Shown here: positions 1 to 9,241 of the stretch, piece by piece
How positions within the stretch are numbered: the stretch's first letter is position 1
Layout: each line of letters starts with the position of its first letter
Assembly (NCBI GenBank): GCA_964401695.1
Contig: CAYNZS010000004.1
Coordinates: 1 to 44,366, forward strand
DNA from: an uncultured Nitrospirales bacterium
GTDB lineage: Bacteria > Hydrogenedentota > Hydrogenedentia > Hydrogenedentales > GCA-2746185
Length of the DNA stretch: 44,366 nucleotides
Reading direction: 5' to 3'
Position numbers and translations under genes: made by a program
Notes under the pieces: generated by a model
Told to the model about the DNA's origin: nothing
The model's database searches: none
The model's input: only the letters and a program-made list of their open reading frames with translations

Positions 1-175
1 GCTTCAATCTCATTGGCTCCGGTCGCCGACGGGTCCATATGGGTAATCTCGGATAGCCATGGAAACACCGCATACCCCGATATCTTGACATTGTATTCAT
101 CGGATGTCCAGGGGCGTCTTGACCAGGGCCCAGAATTCCCGGAGGCGATCTTGTGCCAAGTCTGGAGAGATCATT

Positions 176-754
176 ATGGCCGGAAAGACAGTCAGCAAAG
201 TATTTACCAGTGGTGAAGTAGCCCAGATCTGCGGGGTCTCCGCGGACACGGTATCCCGCTGGTTCGATCTGGGTCGAATCGAAGGGTACCGCTTGGGTCC
301 GGGTGGCGACCGCCGAATCCCCTACGAGAACCTGCGGAAATTCATGCTAAGCCGCGGCATCCCACTCGAACGTTTGGAAGAGGATGAGCAGAGGATTCTT
401 GTCGTTGACGACGATCCGTATTACCTCGATATCATCCCGGCGATTCTTGCTAAAGAAGGCAACTACAAAGTTGTCGTCGCTTCCACCGGCTTCGACGCCG
501 GTTCGCAAGTGGTCGAGCACAATCCGCATCTGATTATTCTGGACATCCACCTGTCGGATATGGACGGGCGAATGGTGTGCGAACGCGTCAAGGCGCGTCC
601 CGAAACAAAGGCCACGCGCGTCTTGGCGATCTCCGGTTATGTGAGCGACGAGGAAGCGAAGAAGCTCAAAGAGCATGGCATCGACGACTACCTGAAGAAG
701 CCCTTCAGCGTTGCCAAGCTGCTCGAACGTGTCAGAACGACCTTCGAAACTTAG
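176..754 (+). CDS. Response regulator: N-terminal excisionase/MerR-like HTH plus C-terminal receiver (REC) domain
   Basis: VFTSGEVAQICGVSADTVSRW (HTH_17-like); ILVVDDD, LIILDIHLSDMDG (phospho-Asp) and YLKKPF REC motifs. Start moved from 104 to ATG 176 because GGAGAG lies at 164-169. Confidence 0.88.
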   Translation: MAGKTVSKVFTSGEVAQICGVSADTVSRWFDLGRIEGYRLGPGGDRRIPYENLRKFMLSRGIPLERLEEDEQRILVVDDDPYYLDIIPAILAKEGNYKVVVASTGFDAGSQVVEHNPHLIILDIHLSDMDGRMVCERVKARPETKATRVLAISGYVSDEEAKKLKEHGIDDYLKKPFSVAKLLERVRTTFET

Positions 755-804
755 CCGAACAAATCCGTCAGGGCCAACGGTTAAGGGTTAAGGGACCGGC
801 TTCC

Positions 805-1374
805 GTGTCGGTCAGCGTCCTCCTCTCCGACACCTTCGCCCTCGAGCGGAAACTCCACGCGGATCAGACGCGCAAAGGCTCCGGCATTCCCTACATCACA
901 CACCTCATGTCCGTGGCCGCGCTGGTCGGGGAGTATGGCGGAAAGGAAGACCAAATGATCGCCGCGCTGTTGCACGACGCCGTGGAAGATCAAGGGGGTC
1001 CGCCAACCTTGCGCCGCACTCGGACGGCCTTCGGCGAAACGGTGGCGGATCTGCTGAACGGATGCTCTGATGCGGACACGCTTCCCAAGCCCCCGTGGCA
1101 AGAACGAAAGCAAGCCTTCGTCGACCGGACGCGCTCGGCGCCGCCGTCGATCAAACTGGTGGTCGCGGCGGACAAACTGCATAACATGCAATCGATCGCG
1201 CGCGACGTCGAGGGTGGCGGTGCCGGTGTGTGGGATCGATTCAAGGGGAAGCGAGACGATACGCTTTGGTACCATCAGGAAATGCTGCGCGCCCTCGCTA
1301 CGAACTGGGAGCATCCGATTCTCGCGTCGCTGGAAATGGCGCTAAAACGGTTGCAGGAAAGCGATTCTGGCTAG
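805..1374 (+). CDS. HD-domain hydrolase, RelA/SpoT-hydrolase-like (Mesh1/small alarmone hydrolase type)
   Basis: HADQTRKGSGIPYITH, AALLHDAVEDQG and ADKLHN motifs. GTG 805 is in frame with ORF 577..1374 and has AAGGGA at 790-795; the start is uncertain. Confidence 0.8.
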   Translation: MSVSVLLSDTFALERKLHADQTRKGSGIPYITHLMSVAALVGEYGGKEDQMIAALLHDAVEDQGGPPTLRRTRTAFGETVADLLNGCSDADTLPKPPWQERKQAFVDRTRSAPPSIKLVVAADKLHNMQSIARDVEGGGAGVWDRFKGKRDDTLWYHQEMLRALATNWEHPILASLEMALKRLQESDSG

Positions 1375-1467
1375 CCCGGTCAGTAACCACCTGCAGAACT
1401 GGTGGCCTGAGGAAGGCCTCGAAAAGGGCCGGTCGATCCAATCGGCGGCCGGTGGCTTGACTATGGG

Positions 1468-2472
1468 TTAGTAGAGGACCCGCTTCATGTCGGCGTACAT
1501 CGCGCCGACCTGTTCGCCGTAGCCGTTGTACCATTGGGTGGGCACACTTTCGGGCGGGCTGAGGTCGCTTAGCATTTTCTCGGACGCTTGCGACCACCGC
1601 GGGTGCGGCACTTCGGGGTCGACGTTGGAGTAGAATTTATATTCTGAAGCGAGTGCGGTATTCCAGAGGGTCGCCGGCTGGCCGGCTGTGAGCGTTATCT
1701 TGACGACGCTTTTGGCGCCTTTGTAACCATATTTCCACGGGGCAATAATGCGCAACGGCGTTCCGCTCTGCGGGAGGAGGCGCTTGCCATACATGCCGGT
1801 GACCGCCATGGTCATCTCGTTCATGGCCTCGTCGAGCCTTAGCCCCTCTTTGTAGGGCCAGTCGTAATTCTGAGCTTTCTGACCGGATGCGCGCTCGGGA
1901 TCCAGAAAAGTCTGGAAGGCAACATACTTCGCTTCGGGTAAGATGTCGACTTTCGCCAAGATCTTAGCCAAGGGCACACCCACCCAGGGCACTGTCATCG
2001 CCCACGCTTCCACACAGCGAAAACGGTAGACGCGTTCTTCGACCCCCAGCGCCTCGACGTCCTCGAGGCCCAGCTTGACGGGTTCCTTGACGAGGCCGCC
2101 AATCTCCAGCGCATAGGGGTCAAGAGTGAAACCTCTGGCGCTGATGGCCGGTTGATATTTCCGTGTGCCGAATTCGTAGAAATTGTTGAACGCCAGAGGA
2201 TTGCGTTCGTCGTCCAGACTGGTGAGCGGCCGTCCAGGGTCGCTGAAATTTGGGTTGGTTTTGTAGGCGGGTAGCGGCCCGAGCTTTTCGACGGAAGGGT
2301 CGGTCCGCGGCACGGAGATCGGCTGGGCGACGCCACACCGTGCCGTAACGGCCATGGCCGCGGCGCCCAAGCCAAGCGCTTTTATGAAATGACGCCGGTT
2401 CAGGTAGATGGATTCCGCAATGGCGGCGCTATCGGGCAAGTACCACGAGGGCCGAGAAATGATGTTTGGCAT
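1468..2472 (-). CDS. msrP: Protein-methionine-sulfoxide reductase catalytic subunit MsrP (YedY), Tat-exported molybdoenzyme
   Basis: Tat motif NRRHFIK; FNNFYEFG, YRFRCVEAW (Mo-ligand Cys), WPYKEGLRLDEAMN, PWKYGYKGAKS, PHPRWSQASE. ATG 2472 is preceded by GGAGG. Confidence 0.92.
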   Translation of the reverse strand: MPNIISRPSWYLPDSAAIAESIYLNRRHFIKALGLGAAAMAVTARCGVAQPISVPRTDPSVEKLGPLPAYKTNPNFSDPGRPLTSLDDERNPLAFNNFYEFGTRKYQPAISARGFTLDPYALEIGGLVKEPVKLGLEDVEALGVEERVYRFRCVEAWAMTVPWVGVPLAKILAKVDILPEAKYVAFQTFLDPERASGQKAQNYDWPYKEGLRLDEAMNEMTMAVTGMYGKRLLPQSGTPLRIIAPWKYGYKGAKSVVKITLTAGQPATLWNTALASEYKFYSNVDPEVPHPRWSQASEKMLSDLSPPESVPTQWYNGYGEQVGAMYADMKRVLY

Positions 2473-2616
2473 GGCGAGACCTCCAGGGGCGCGGGCTATC
2501 TGAAGAAGTGGCGTAGCAAGCGAAGCGTGTGCCCCGCCGCTATCGGGTACGTGAGGTGCATTATCGCATAGGAGGCAAACGCCCCTAACCAGCCTGGCTA
2601 TTCCCATGCCCCGCGC

Positions 2617-3471
2617 TTATTCCCGCCCTCCCAGGTGCAAGCTGGCGAGTTCAGACTTGAGGTAGCTGAAGGTTTCCTCCACATCGTCGAAGGTTCGGAA
2701 GAGGCTTAGGTCCGCGGCTCCGATCGTACCCCACTTGGCCATGTTCTCAAAATTGACGACATTATTCCAATACTCGCTGCCGTACAAGACGATGGGCATG
2801 CGCTTGGTTGTCTTTTCCGTTTGAACCAAGGTGAGCAGTTCGAAGAATTCATCGAAAGTTCCGAACCCTCCGGGAAACACGACGATGGCCTTGGCCAAGT
2901 AGACGAACCAGAACTTGCGCATGAAGAAGTAGTGGAACTGAAAGGCGAGCTCTGGTGACTGATAGGGGTTGGGCGCTTGCTCGAAGGGAAGGCTTATGTT
3001 GAAGCCGATGGAGCGTCCCTTCGCCCGGCTCGCGCCGAGGTTGGCCGCTTCCATAATGCCGGGGCCTCCTCCGGAACAAATATAGAAGCGATCCCCCAGT
3101 TTCAGAGAGTCTTTCGACCACTGAGTCAGCTTCTCCGCGAGCCGGGCCGCGTCTTCGTAGTAGCGCGCCAAGGTTATGCCGCGCTTTGCCGCATCGCGGG
3201 CGCGCCGCAGTTCCACGGTTCGCTTGCCGACGTTGCGCAAGTCCTTGTTGGCCGCGGCCAACCTCGCATCCGCCTCGTCGCGCGGCTGGATACGCGCGGA
3301 CCCGAAGAAGACAATGCTGTTCTTGATGCGCAGGCGCCGCAGCCGGTTCGACGGTTCCTCGAACTCGGCCAGAATGCGGACGGGGCGGGCGTCGGGGCCG
3401 TGGAAAAACTCAGAGTTGTCGTAGGCCCTAAGCGGCCTGATGTCGGTCGCTCTCCTTCGTGGCGATTTCAT
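2617..3471 (-). CDS. LOG-family (Rossmann-fold) nucleotide phosphoribohydrolase
   Basis: IVFFGSAR, SGGGPGIMEAAN, FHYFFMRKFWF and PGGFGTFDE motifs. Start ATG 3471, or the upstream start at 3495. Confidence 0.9.
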   Translation of the reverse strand: MKSPRRRATDIRPLRAYDNSEFFHGPDARPVRILAEFEEPSNRLRRLRIKNSIVFFGSARIQPRDEADARLAAANKDLRNVGKRTVELRRARDAAKRGITLARYYEDAARLAEKLTQWSKDSLKLGDRFYICSGGGPGIMEAANLGASRAKGRSIGFNISLPFEQAPNPYQSPELAFQFHYFFMRKFWFVYLAKAIVVFPGGFGTFDEFFELLTLVQTEKTTKRMPIVLYGSEYWNNVVNFENMAKWGTIGAADLSLFRTFDDVEETFSYLKSELASLHLGGRE

Positions 3472-3698
3472 AGAAAGGATGCTCCAAAGTTTCAATGGAC
3501 GTATTGATGAAGCGAGGTGAGGTTACAGTCCGTGCCGTGCCCCCGCCTCACGGCAAATGGCGGGCAGGATGCCCGCTCTCCCCTGATTGTTTACCGATAA
3601 TGGATTGCGGTTCCACATTGGCATGGGTTGGCTTCTTCTTAGCGTTTTCGCGCGAGACGGAAATGGGCCGCGCAAAGACGCAGGTGATTGAATTGCCT

Positions 3699-4208
3699 TC
3701 AGTGCTTGGGCGCCGTGAAGGTGGCCGAGAAAGCCAATCCTTTCCCATCGCGGGCCGCTTCCAGGTGATCCAACTTCTGGAGCACAATTAAATTGTCGCT
3801 CGCGTAAATGAGATGGAGGAAATTGACGAGTTCTTTCATGCTGACGCCATTGAGCGCCAGTTGCACGCGGTCAAAACGGCTTCCTGGGTTGGGTTTGGTT
3901 TTCAGTTGGTTGCGGTCTTGTAGTTTGGCGGCGCGCAGGCTCTCGTTCACAAAGGAATACAGATTAAATTGACGCCTCTTGCGATCGCCAATTTTCGCTT
4001 TGATCGCCTCCTCGCCGCGGCGGTCCGATTCCACCTCGGCGCGGATGATCCGAGCATCGCGCAAGCGATTCTCTGCCTGGGCCAGTTGGCCCTTCGACTT
4101 GGAGTACGCGTCCAACCTATTGGCGATCGGTTTCCATACTACCAAGAGGGTGAGCACGATCGCTCCCGCCACCACAATCCCCCGTTCGCGTTTGCGCAAT
4201 TTGACCAT
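3699..4208 (-). CDS. gspM: Type II secretion protein M-like
   Basis: KRER followed by an N-terminal TM, a coiled coil and a ferredoxin-like C-terminus (LNGVSMKELVNFLHLI). Last gene of the gsp operon. Confidence 0.72.
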   Translation of the reverse strand: MVKLRKRERGIVVAGAIVLTLLVVWKPIANRLDAYSKSKGQLAQAENRLRDARIIRAEVESDRRGEEAIKAKIGDRKRRQFNLYSFVNESLRAAKLQDRNQLKTKPNPGSRFDRVQLALNGVSMKELVNFLHLIYASDNLIVLQKLDHLEAARDGKGLAFSATFTAPKH

Positions 4209-4224
4209 GCCGATTCTATGATCC

Positions 4225-5754
4225 TTAAAGTGTTGCGACTATCGTGAAAGTCTGTTTTCCGCCGTTCGATTGCCGGGCGGCGCCGTCCTCGCCTACATGG
4301 AACAGGAGTGACGACTGCATGCCTTCAAGCACTTGGGCGAAGTCGGCGTCGGTTCTCACCTCGCCCATGATGGTGATCTGCGTCGTGCGGACGCCGCCAA
4401 TGGCAATGCGGGTCAAGCTGACCTTGCTGTCCGGCATGTGCGTCGCCAATTCCTTCAGCACTTCGAGGAAGGTCGGTTTCGAGTAGGTCGCCATATTGAA
4501 CGATTGGCCAGCCTTTTGTTCGTCTTCCTGAGCATCCCGCAGGGCTTCGAGGCTCTTGAATCCACCGATATCACCCAGGGGCCGCCGTTCCGCCGCGTCC
4601 GCCTCGGGAAAGATCTCGACCAACACGTCCCAGACTTGCTGTCCAACGGCGTCGATTCGTTCGGTGTTCCTCTGGTATTCCATGGCGCGTCCGCCAAAAT
4701 AGGCTGAGAAGGCGATAATCGCCAACAGGCAGGTCGCACCGGCGTGAGCGAAGGTCGAACGCGAGGAGCGTCCGGCGGCAAGGTCGTCGGCCAGAAAGTC
4801 GAGAGCGAACGGACCGCCGGCGCTAGCCGCGGCTACGCCGATGGGCGCGGCCCAGCGTTCTTCGAGACCCGCGCCTCCGTTCACGCTCTGCGGGTCGGCC
4901 CCTGGCGTGCCGGCTCCGGCGCCCTTAAGGTTCGACACCAAGTTCAAGAATTCAATGTCGAGCCCCATCTCGTCGGCGAACAGTTCTTTCTCTTCGTCAA
5001 AGAATTCCGCGCCGGTGACGGTCACCGACTCGATTTCCGCTTCAACGCCCCAGCTTGCTGTGAAGGCGCGAAGAAGGTTCCTGATCTCTCTGGCGGCGGC
5101 CTTCGGCGTATCGTGGAATTTGGCGGCCGGCAACGGCATATGGCGTATGTAGGCCAACTGCTTGTTGTGCGTGATCGCCACCACGGAGCCTTCTCTACGC
5201 ACGTGGAACGCGGCGTGAAGGCCGCTCAACGGACCGGCTATCGCGCGCCAAAGGGCCGTCAAGCCGATCGAATCGACGCCCACGCCTTCGACGGCGATGC
5301 CCGCATCCTGCAACACGGATAGTTGGCGTTCAATGGGTTCGCGCCGAAGACCGACGACGAGGACTTCGCTCTGGCCGTCGACCTCCCGCACAGGCAAGTG
5401 CGCCACGGTAAGATCGTCGATGGGAAAAGCCAGATAGGGCTCCAACTCAAACTGGACGGCGGCACCCACTTTCCGGCGCCCCTTGAAGGGTATCGTCAAT
5501 TGGCGCACAACGCTCCACGCGCTCGACACGCACAAGGTATAGACCGTTGGGCGCGACTTTATCTTTACGAGAACTTCCTTGGCAGCCGCTACAAGAGTGT
5601 CGTGTCCTTCTTCCCACGCGTCGCTCAGGGATACTTGCACCGAAACGCTGTGCAGTTCGAGGACTTTCGGGCGTTTTCCACCCGTCTTCACGACCGCGAC
5701 CCGAATCTCGTCGTCCGCGAATTCAATGGCCGCTACTTTGGCTGTTAGTTGCAT
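4225..5754 (-). CDS. gspL: Type II secretion protein L (PilM-like actin-fold domain, TM, PilN-like periplasmic domain)
   Basis: AAIEF...IRVAVV, VRQLTIPF...AVQFELEPYLAFPIDD, one TM, then LEVLKELATHMP. Lies between gspK and gspM. Confidence 0.8.
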   Translation of the reverse strand: MQLTAKVAAIEFADDEIRVAVVKTGGKRPKVLELHSVSVQVSLSDAWEEGHDTLVAAAKEVLVKIKSRPTVYTLCVSSAWSVVRQLTIPFKGRRKVGAAVQFELEPYLAFPIDDLTVAHLPVREVDGQSEVLVVGLRREPIERQLSVLQDAGIAVEGVGVDSIGLTALWRAIAGPLSGLHAAFHVRREGSVVAITHNKQLAYIRHMPLPAAKFHDTPKAAAREIRNLLRAFTASWGVEAEIESVTVTGAEFFDEEKELFADEMGLDIEFLNLVSNLKGAGAGTPGADPQSVNGGAGLEERWAAPIGVAAASAGGPFALDFLADDLAAGRSSRSTFAHAGATCLLAIIAFSAYFGGRAMEYQRNTERIDAVGQQVWDVLVEIFPEADAAERRPLGDIGGFKSLEALRDAQEDEQKAGQSFNMATYSKPTFLEVLKELATHMPDSKVSLTRIAIGGVRTTQITIMGEVRTDADFAQVLEGMQSSLLFHVGEDGAARQSNGGKQTFTIVATL

Positions 5755-5802
5755 GTATAACTTTCTGAGCCCGGCCGGGGGCCCGTTGGCCGCGTCACTC
5801 GG

Positions 5803-7011
5803 TTAGCGGATAACCCGCCAATCAATTACGCGAAACATCTGCTCCGAACCGCTGGCTTCGACGCCTCGGTCGGTCATCTTACCCGTGTCGCGCCACACGT
5901 AGGCCTCGATCCGCACCTTGGCGTCGCCGCTTTGGCCATCTCCATATAAACGGAAGACCTGGCTGGCGAGAGTCAGCATGGGTTTGAATGGAATGATTTC
6001 TTCCTCATCTTCGCCGTTCTCTCGGTTGTTGCCGCGGTTCGCCCCGGCTGGGCGCTCGCCACGCCGGTCGGCAGGCGGTATGATTTTACCGTCTTCCTCG
6101 AGTTCTTGCACGGTGGTGTAGGGACCCATATCTTCGAGCCGCTCGAGCGTGGCCACGGCTTCGTTGTACGGATCGGGGATTTGCTCGTCCGCCGAGAAAT
6201 ACGCCTCTAAGACCTCCAGCTCGGCTGTGTTGATGTTGAGCTTGCCTTCCGGATGGCCATGGACCGTTAGAAGTTTGTTGAGCGGCACCTGCTCATCGTC
6301 GGGATCGCCGAAGTAGAACTCCGGCGTTATGCCTGGGATGAGCAGCAGTTCCTCGATGGAATCCATGGGGCCGTTCTTGGCCGCGTAGGGCGGGTCAAGG
6401 CTGCTGTAATAATCCGTCTCGGCGCCATTGACCGAAGGCTCGTCGTCGAAGTCGAGCCAGTCGATAATCGAATCCACCATTTCCTCTGGCGAGCCCTCTT
6501 CCGGTTCGCGGACACTGAACAGCGTGTAGAGCGCCTCCCGCAGGTATTCATCCACCATCTCTATGCCCTCGATCTGCCCTTGTCCTACGTCTCCAGCGCG
6601 CGTATCTGACGGATAAATAACCAAAGCGTTCAGGTTGAGCTTACCGTATTCGTCTTCGATCTTGCACTGCATGACGCCTTGGTTCACCGGCACCACGGGC
6701 ACGCCATCCGCCCAAGCATCCTCCGAACTGTCAACCACCTCGCTGTTCTGGTAACTCGCATCTTCTTCGCTAATCAACAGGTCCGCCGCCAGCACACCGA
6801 GTCCGCTCGCGATGGCCGATTTCGCAGCCATATACGCTTCCAGATCCGAGATGTGGACTTCCGCGAAGGAGGCCTCGACCTGCATCTCGTAGGTAAAATC
6901 GACGACAATCGCCGTGAGCAGCACAATGATCAACAGGGCCAGCACGAGGGCGAGGCCCTCCTCCCCGCGGCGCCCGAAGCACCCATCGGCGCCTGTCAAA
7001 CGGCCCGTCAT
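5803..7011 (-). CDS. gspK: Type II secretion minor pseudopilin K
   Basis: Prepilin end G|LALVLALLII lacking Glu5, as is typical of GspK; IEDEYGKLNLNAL, IIDWLD.D, KNGPMDSIEELLLIPG, KLNINTA. Confidence 0.92.
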   Translation of the reverse strand: MTGRLTGADGCFGRRGEEGLALVLALLIIVLLTAIVVDFTYEMQVEASFAEVHISDLEAYMAAKSAIASGLGVLAADLLISEEDASYQNSEVVDSSEDAWADGVPVVPVNQGVMQCKIEDEYGKLNLNALVIYPSDTRAGDVGQGQIEGIEMVDEYLREALYTLFSVREPEEGSPEEMVDSIIDWLDFDDEPSVNGAETDYYSSLDPPYAAKNGPMDSIEELLLIPGITPEFYFGDPDDEQVPLNKLLTVHGHPEGKLNINTAELEVLEAYFSADEQIPDPYNEAVATLERLEDMGPYTTVQELEEDGKIIPPADRRGERPAGANRGNNRENGEDEEEIIPFKPMLTLASQVFRLYGDGQSGDAKVRIEAYVWRDTGKMTDRGVEASGSEQMFRVIDWRVIR

Positions 7012-8006
7012 CGACGGCCCCCGCCCGACCGCTGGCCCGCCGCATTGGGGGAATTCGAGCGCACCCGCCGGTCTCCGCGACCCTGCTGGTTTCCCTGGCT
7101 CGACTGGGTCAGTTCTTCCTCGACGTACACATCCTGCATAGGCTCGGTAATTCCCATCCCGGCCGGCACGGTAACAATCAATTGAAAATCGGGATCCTTC
7201 TCGAAATCGATCCCCTCATTCCGCAACGACTCGATCTCTTCTTCGGGGCGCGCAAAGTTGATTCGAAAATGAATACTCCATGGCAGGCGCCCCTCCGCAA
7301 AGGAATCCCATTCGTCTATCCACTCCTCGCCGTCAAAATACTGCATGTCCAGTGTGCGGATCGGAACGCTCCAGCCGGGCGCCTCGAAGCCGACGTCATC
7401 GACAAGATCCTCTGCGTCGCGCTTACCGATGTCGCGCGGTCCTATCATCTCATCCATCTCGCCGGGGGCCTCCATCGTCGGCGTTTCCGTCATCTCGAGC
7501 GTCAGCCTGGGCGGTTCGGCATCTGGTTCGCCGACCCCAAACTTTAACTCTCCCTCGCCTTCGCCTTGCTGAATCTCGAGCGTGACTTGCTTCATAAACC
7601 CTGGCAACGCCATGCCGCCAACCAAGGGCGCGCTCGTAGTAAACGTCAGTTTGTCCGCTGGCCCGTAGGGCCCCGTGTCGTCGACGCCCTCCATCCAATA
7701 GCGCGAACTCGGGCCTTCCTCAATCATCTCGTCTGCCTCGTCGAAATTCGACGCCATTTCATGCAGCGCCGCGCCAGGCCGCCAGTCGCCATACGCCTGG
7801 GCGACGTTGTTCGAGAGGGTATAGGTTAAGAACTCGCGCAAACGAAGCTCCTCCGCCTTCAGCCGCGTATCTTCGGTGGATGATACGACCGCGAAGAAAC
7901 TGCTGGACACAATCGCCGTGATGACGGCAAACAGAGCTACTGCCACCATGATTTCGATGAGCGTGAAGCCGGCGTTAGCGGCGCCGCTGTTTCGATTTGG
8001 ATTCAT
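7008..8006 (-). CDS. gspJ: Type II secretion minor pseudopilin J
   Basis: AG|FTLIEIMVAVAL prepilin motif; C-terminal YFDGEEWIDEWDS...LP. ATG 8006 is preferred over 8069 and overlaps the gspI end. Confidence 0.82.
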   Translation of the reverse strand: MNPNRNSGAANAGFTLIEIMVAVALFAVITAIVSSSFFAVVSSTEDTRLKAEELRLREFLTYTLSNNVAQAYGDWRPGAALHEMASNFDEADEMIEEGPSSRYWMEGVDDTGPYGPADKLTFTTSAPLVGGMALPGFMKQVTLEIQQGEGEGELKFGVGEPDAEPPRLTLEMTETPTMEAPGEMDEMIGPRDIGKRDAEDLVDDVGFEAPGWSVPIRTLDMQYFDGEEWIDEWDSFAEGRLPWSIHFRINFARPEEEIESLRNEGIDFEKDPDFQLIVTVPAGMGITEPMQDVYVEEELTQSSQGNQQGRGDRRVRSNSPNAAGQRSGGGRR

Positions 8007-8397
8007 TAATCTTCGTGTCCGCGCCCGGGTCCGATTGGTTGCCGTCGTAGGCGAAAAAAACCATCTCAATTGAATCGTCGTATCCCTGTACCGTCACCGT
8101 AATATGCAGCAGCCCCGGCATTTCGTCTTCACGGATTTGGGTCGCGGTATAGGAGTACGAGTAATCGGGATAGCGCTCTCCAAAATCTCCGTCGCCCGCG
8201 TCACTGCCCGTCATGGCGTCGCGTTCCGCCTCGCCGATGGCCCATTCGAGCAACATGCGCTCGGTAACTTGGGTCTGCGCGTCGTCAAACAGAGTAAGAG
8301 TTCCGAACTGCGTTTCCATGAGCATGACGAGACCCGTGCACAATATGGCCAGGGCGACGACCACTTCGATCAGGGTAAAGCCGCCCCGTCTATTCAT
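7975..8397 (-). CDS. gspI: Type II secretion minor pseudopilin I
   Basis: GG|FTLIEVVVALAIL; short protein between the H-like and J-like genes. Confidence 0.82.
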   Translation of the reverse strand: MNRRGGFTLIEVVVALAILCTGLVMLMETQFGTLTLFDDAQTQVTERMLLEWAIGEAERDAMTGSDAGDGDFGERYPDYSYSYTATQIREDEMPGLLHITVTVQGYDDSIEMVFFAYDGNQSDPGADTKINESKSKQRRR

Positions 8398-9235
8398 CGT
8401 AACCTAGCTTCCCTTCTCGAAGGCGGGCGCTGCCCGTGATGGGATCCCATTCAACGGTAAAGTACTCTCGTTCGTCGTTGACAATGTAGAACGTAACCTG
8501 CTTCTCGGGGCCGGTCGGCATGATGTCGAATTCGGCGAGGCCGGAACGGTGCTCCTCCTCGCCGTGGCGCACGGATTCGATGGCGACGTTCTTGCGCACG
8601 CGCGTGCGCCGCAGGAGCGGCTCGACGATCTCCTCGGGCTCGACTTCCTCTTGTTCCTCGCCTTCATCGAGGAGATTCAGATTTTCCTCCATCCGCGCCG
8701 CCGTCTTGTCCAAATTGCTTTGCTCGTGCTCGACACGGTTCGCCCGCGTCGTCGTGGCCAAGCGGGACATCCGCTCGAAAGCTTCGAACATGATTTCCGA
8801 TTCGTCTTCCAGCCGTTCGGTGTCTGCTTCGGGATCGACCCGGCCGTCTTCGTCCGGCATGGCCTGCTTGGCGAGAAGCAGCAACTCGATGCTGTCCATG
8901 GGCTCCCGCTTCTTCCCGCCGTCCTTATTGAGAAACGCGTCGTCCTTCTCCTCGGGCTCCGGTTCTGGCCAGCGTTCGCACCAATACTCCTGGCTGTCGA
9001 GGTCAATCTTGACGGTCATTCGCTCATGCAGCAACGTAGCGCGTCCCATGGCGCCGCGTCCGAATCCGGCCAGATGCCGCGCGGCACCCTCGTGGTTGCT
9101 AAATGCGATGGAAGGCGCTAATTGAGGGATGGCCACTGCGCAGACAAGACTGATGATTCCGACGACGACCATCAACTCGACCATCGTGAAGCCAAAGGAG
9201 CGATTGCGATCCCCTATGGAAGAGCGCGAGGACAT
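8390..9235 (-). CDS. gspH: Type II secretion minor pseudopilin H, with a long acidic insertion
   Basis: FG|FTMVELMVVVGII; C-terminal VEWDPITG; directly after gspG. Confidence 0.78.
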   Translation of the reverse strand: MSSRSSIGDRNRSFGFTMVELMVVVGIISLVCAVAIPQLAPSIAFSNHEGAARHLAGFGRGAMGRATLLHERMTVKIDLDSQEYWCERWPEPEPEEKDDAFLNKDGGKKREPMDSIELLLLAKQAMPDEDGRVDPEADTERLEDESEIMFEAFERMSRLATTTRANRVEHEQSNLDKTAARMEENLNLLDEGEEQEEVEPEEIVEPLLRRTRVRKNVAIESVRHGEEEHRSGLAEFDIMPTGPEKQVTFYIVNDEREYFTVEWDPITGSARLREGKLGYDE

Positions 9236-9241
9236 GGTTTC

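Noticed and set aside
176-370. Prophage excisionase
   Set aside because: The HTH is fused to a REC domain, and there are no integrase or phage genes nearby.
577-804. N-terminal extension of the HD ORF
   Set aside because: Overlaps the response regulator in another frame; HD homology begins only after about 805.
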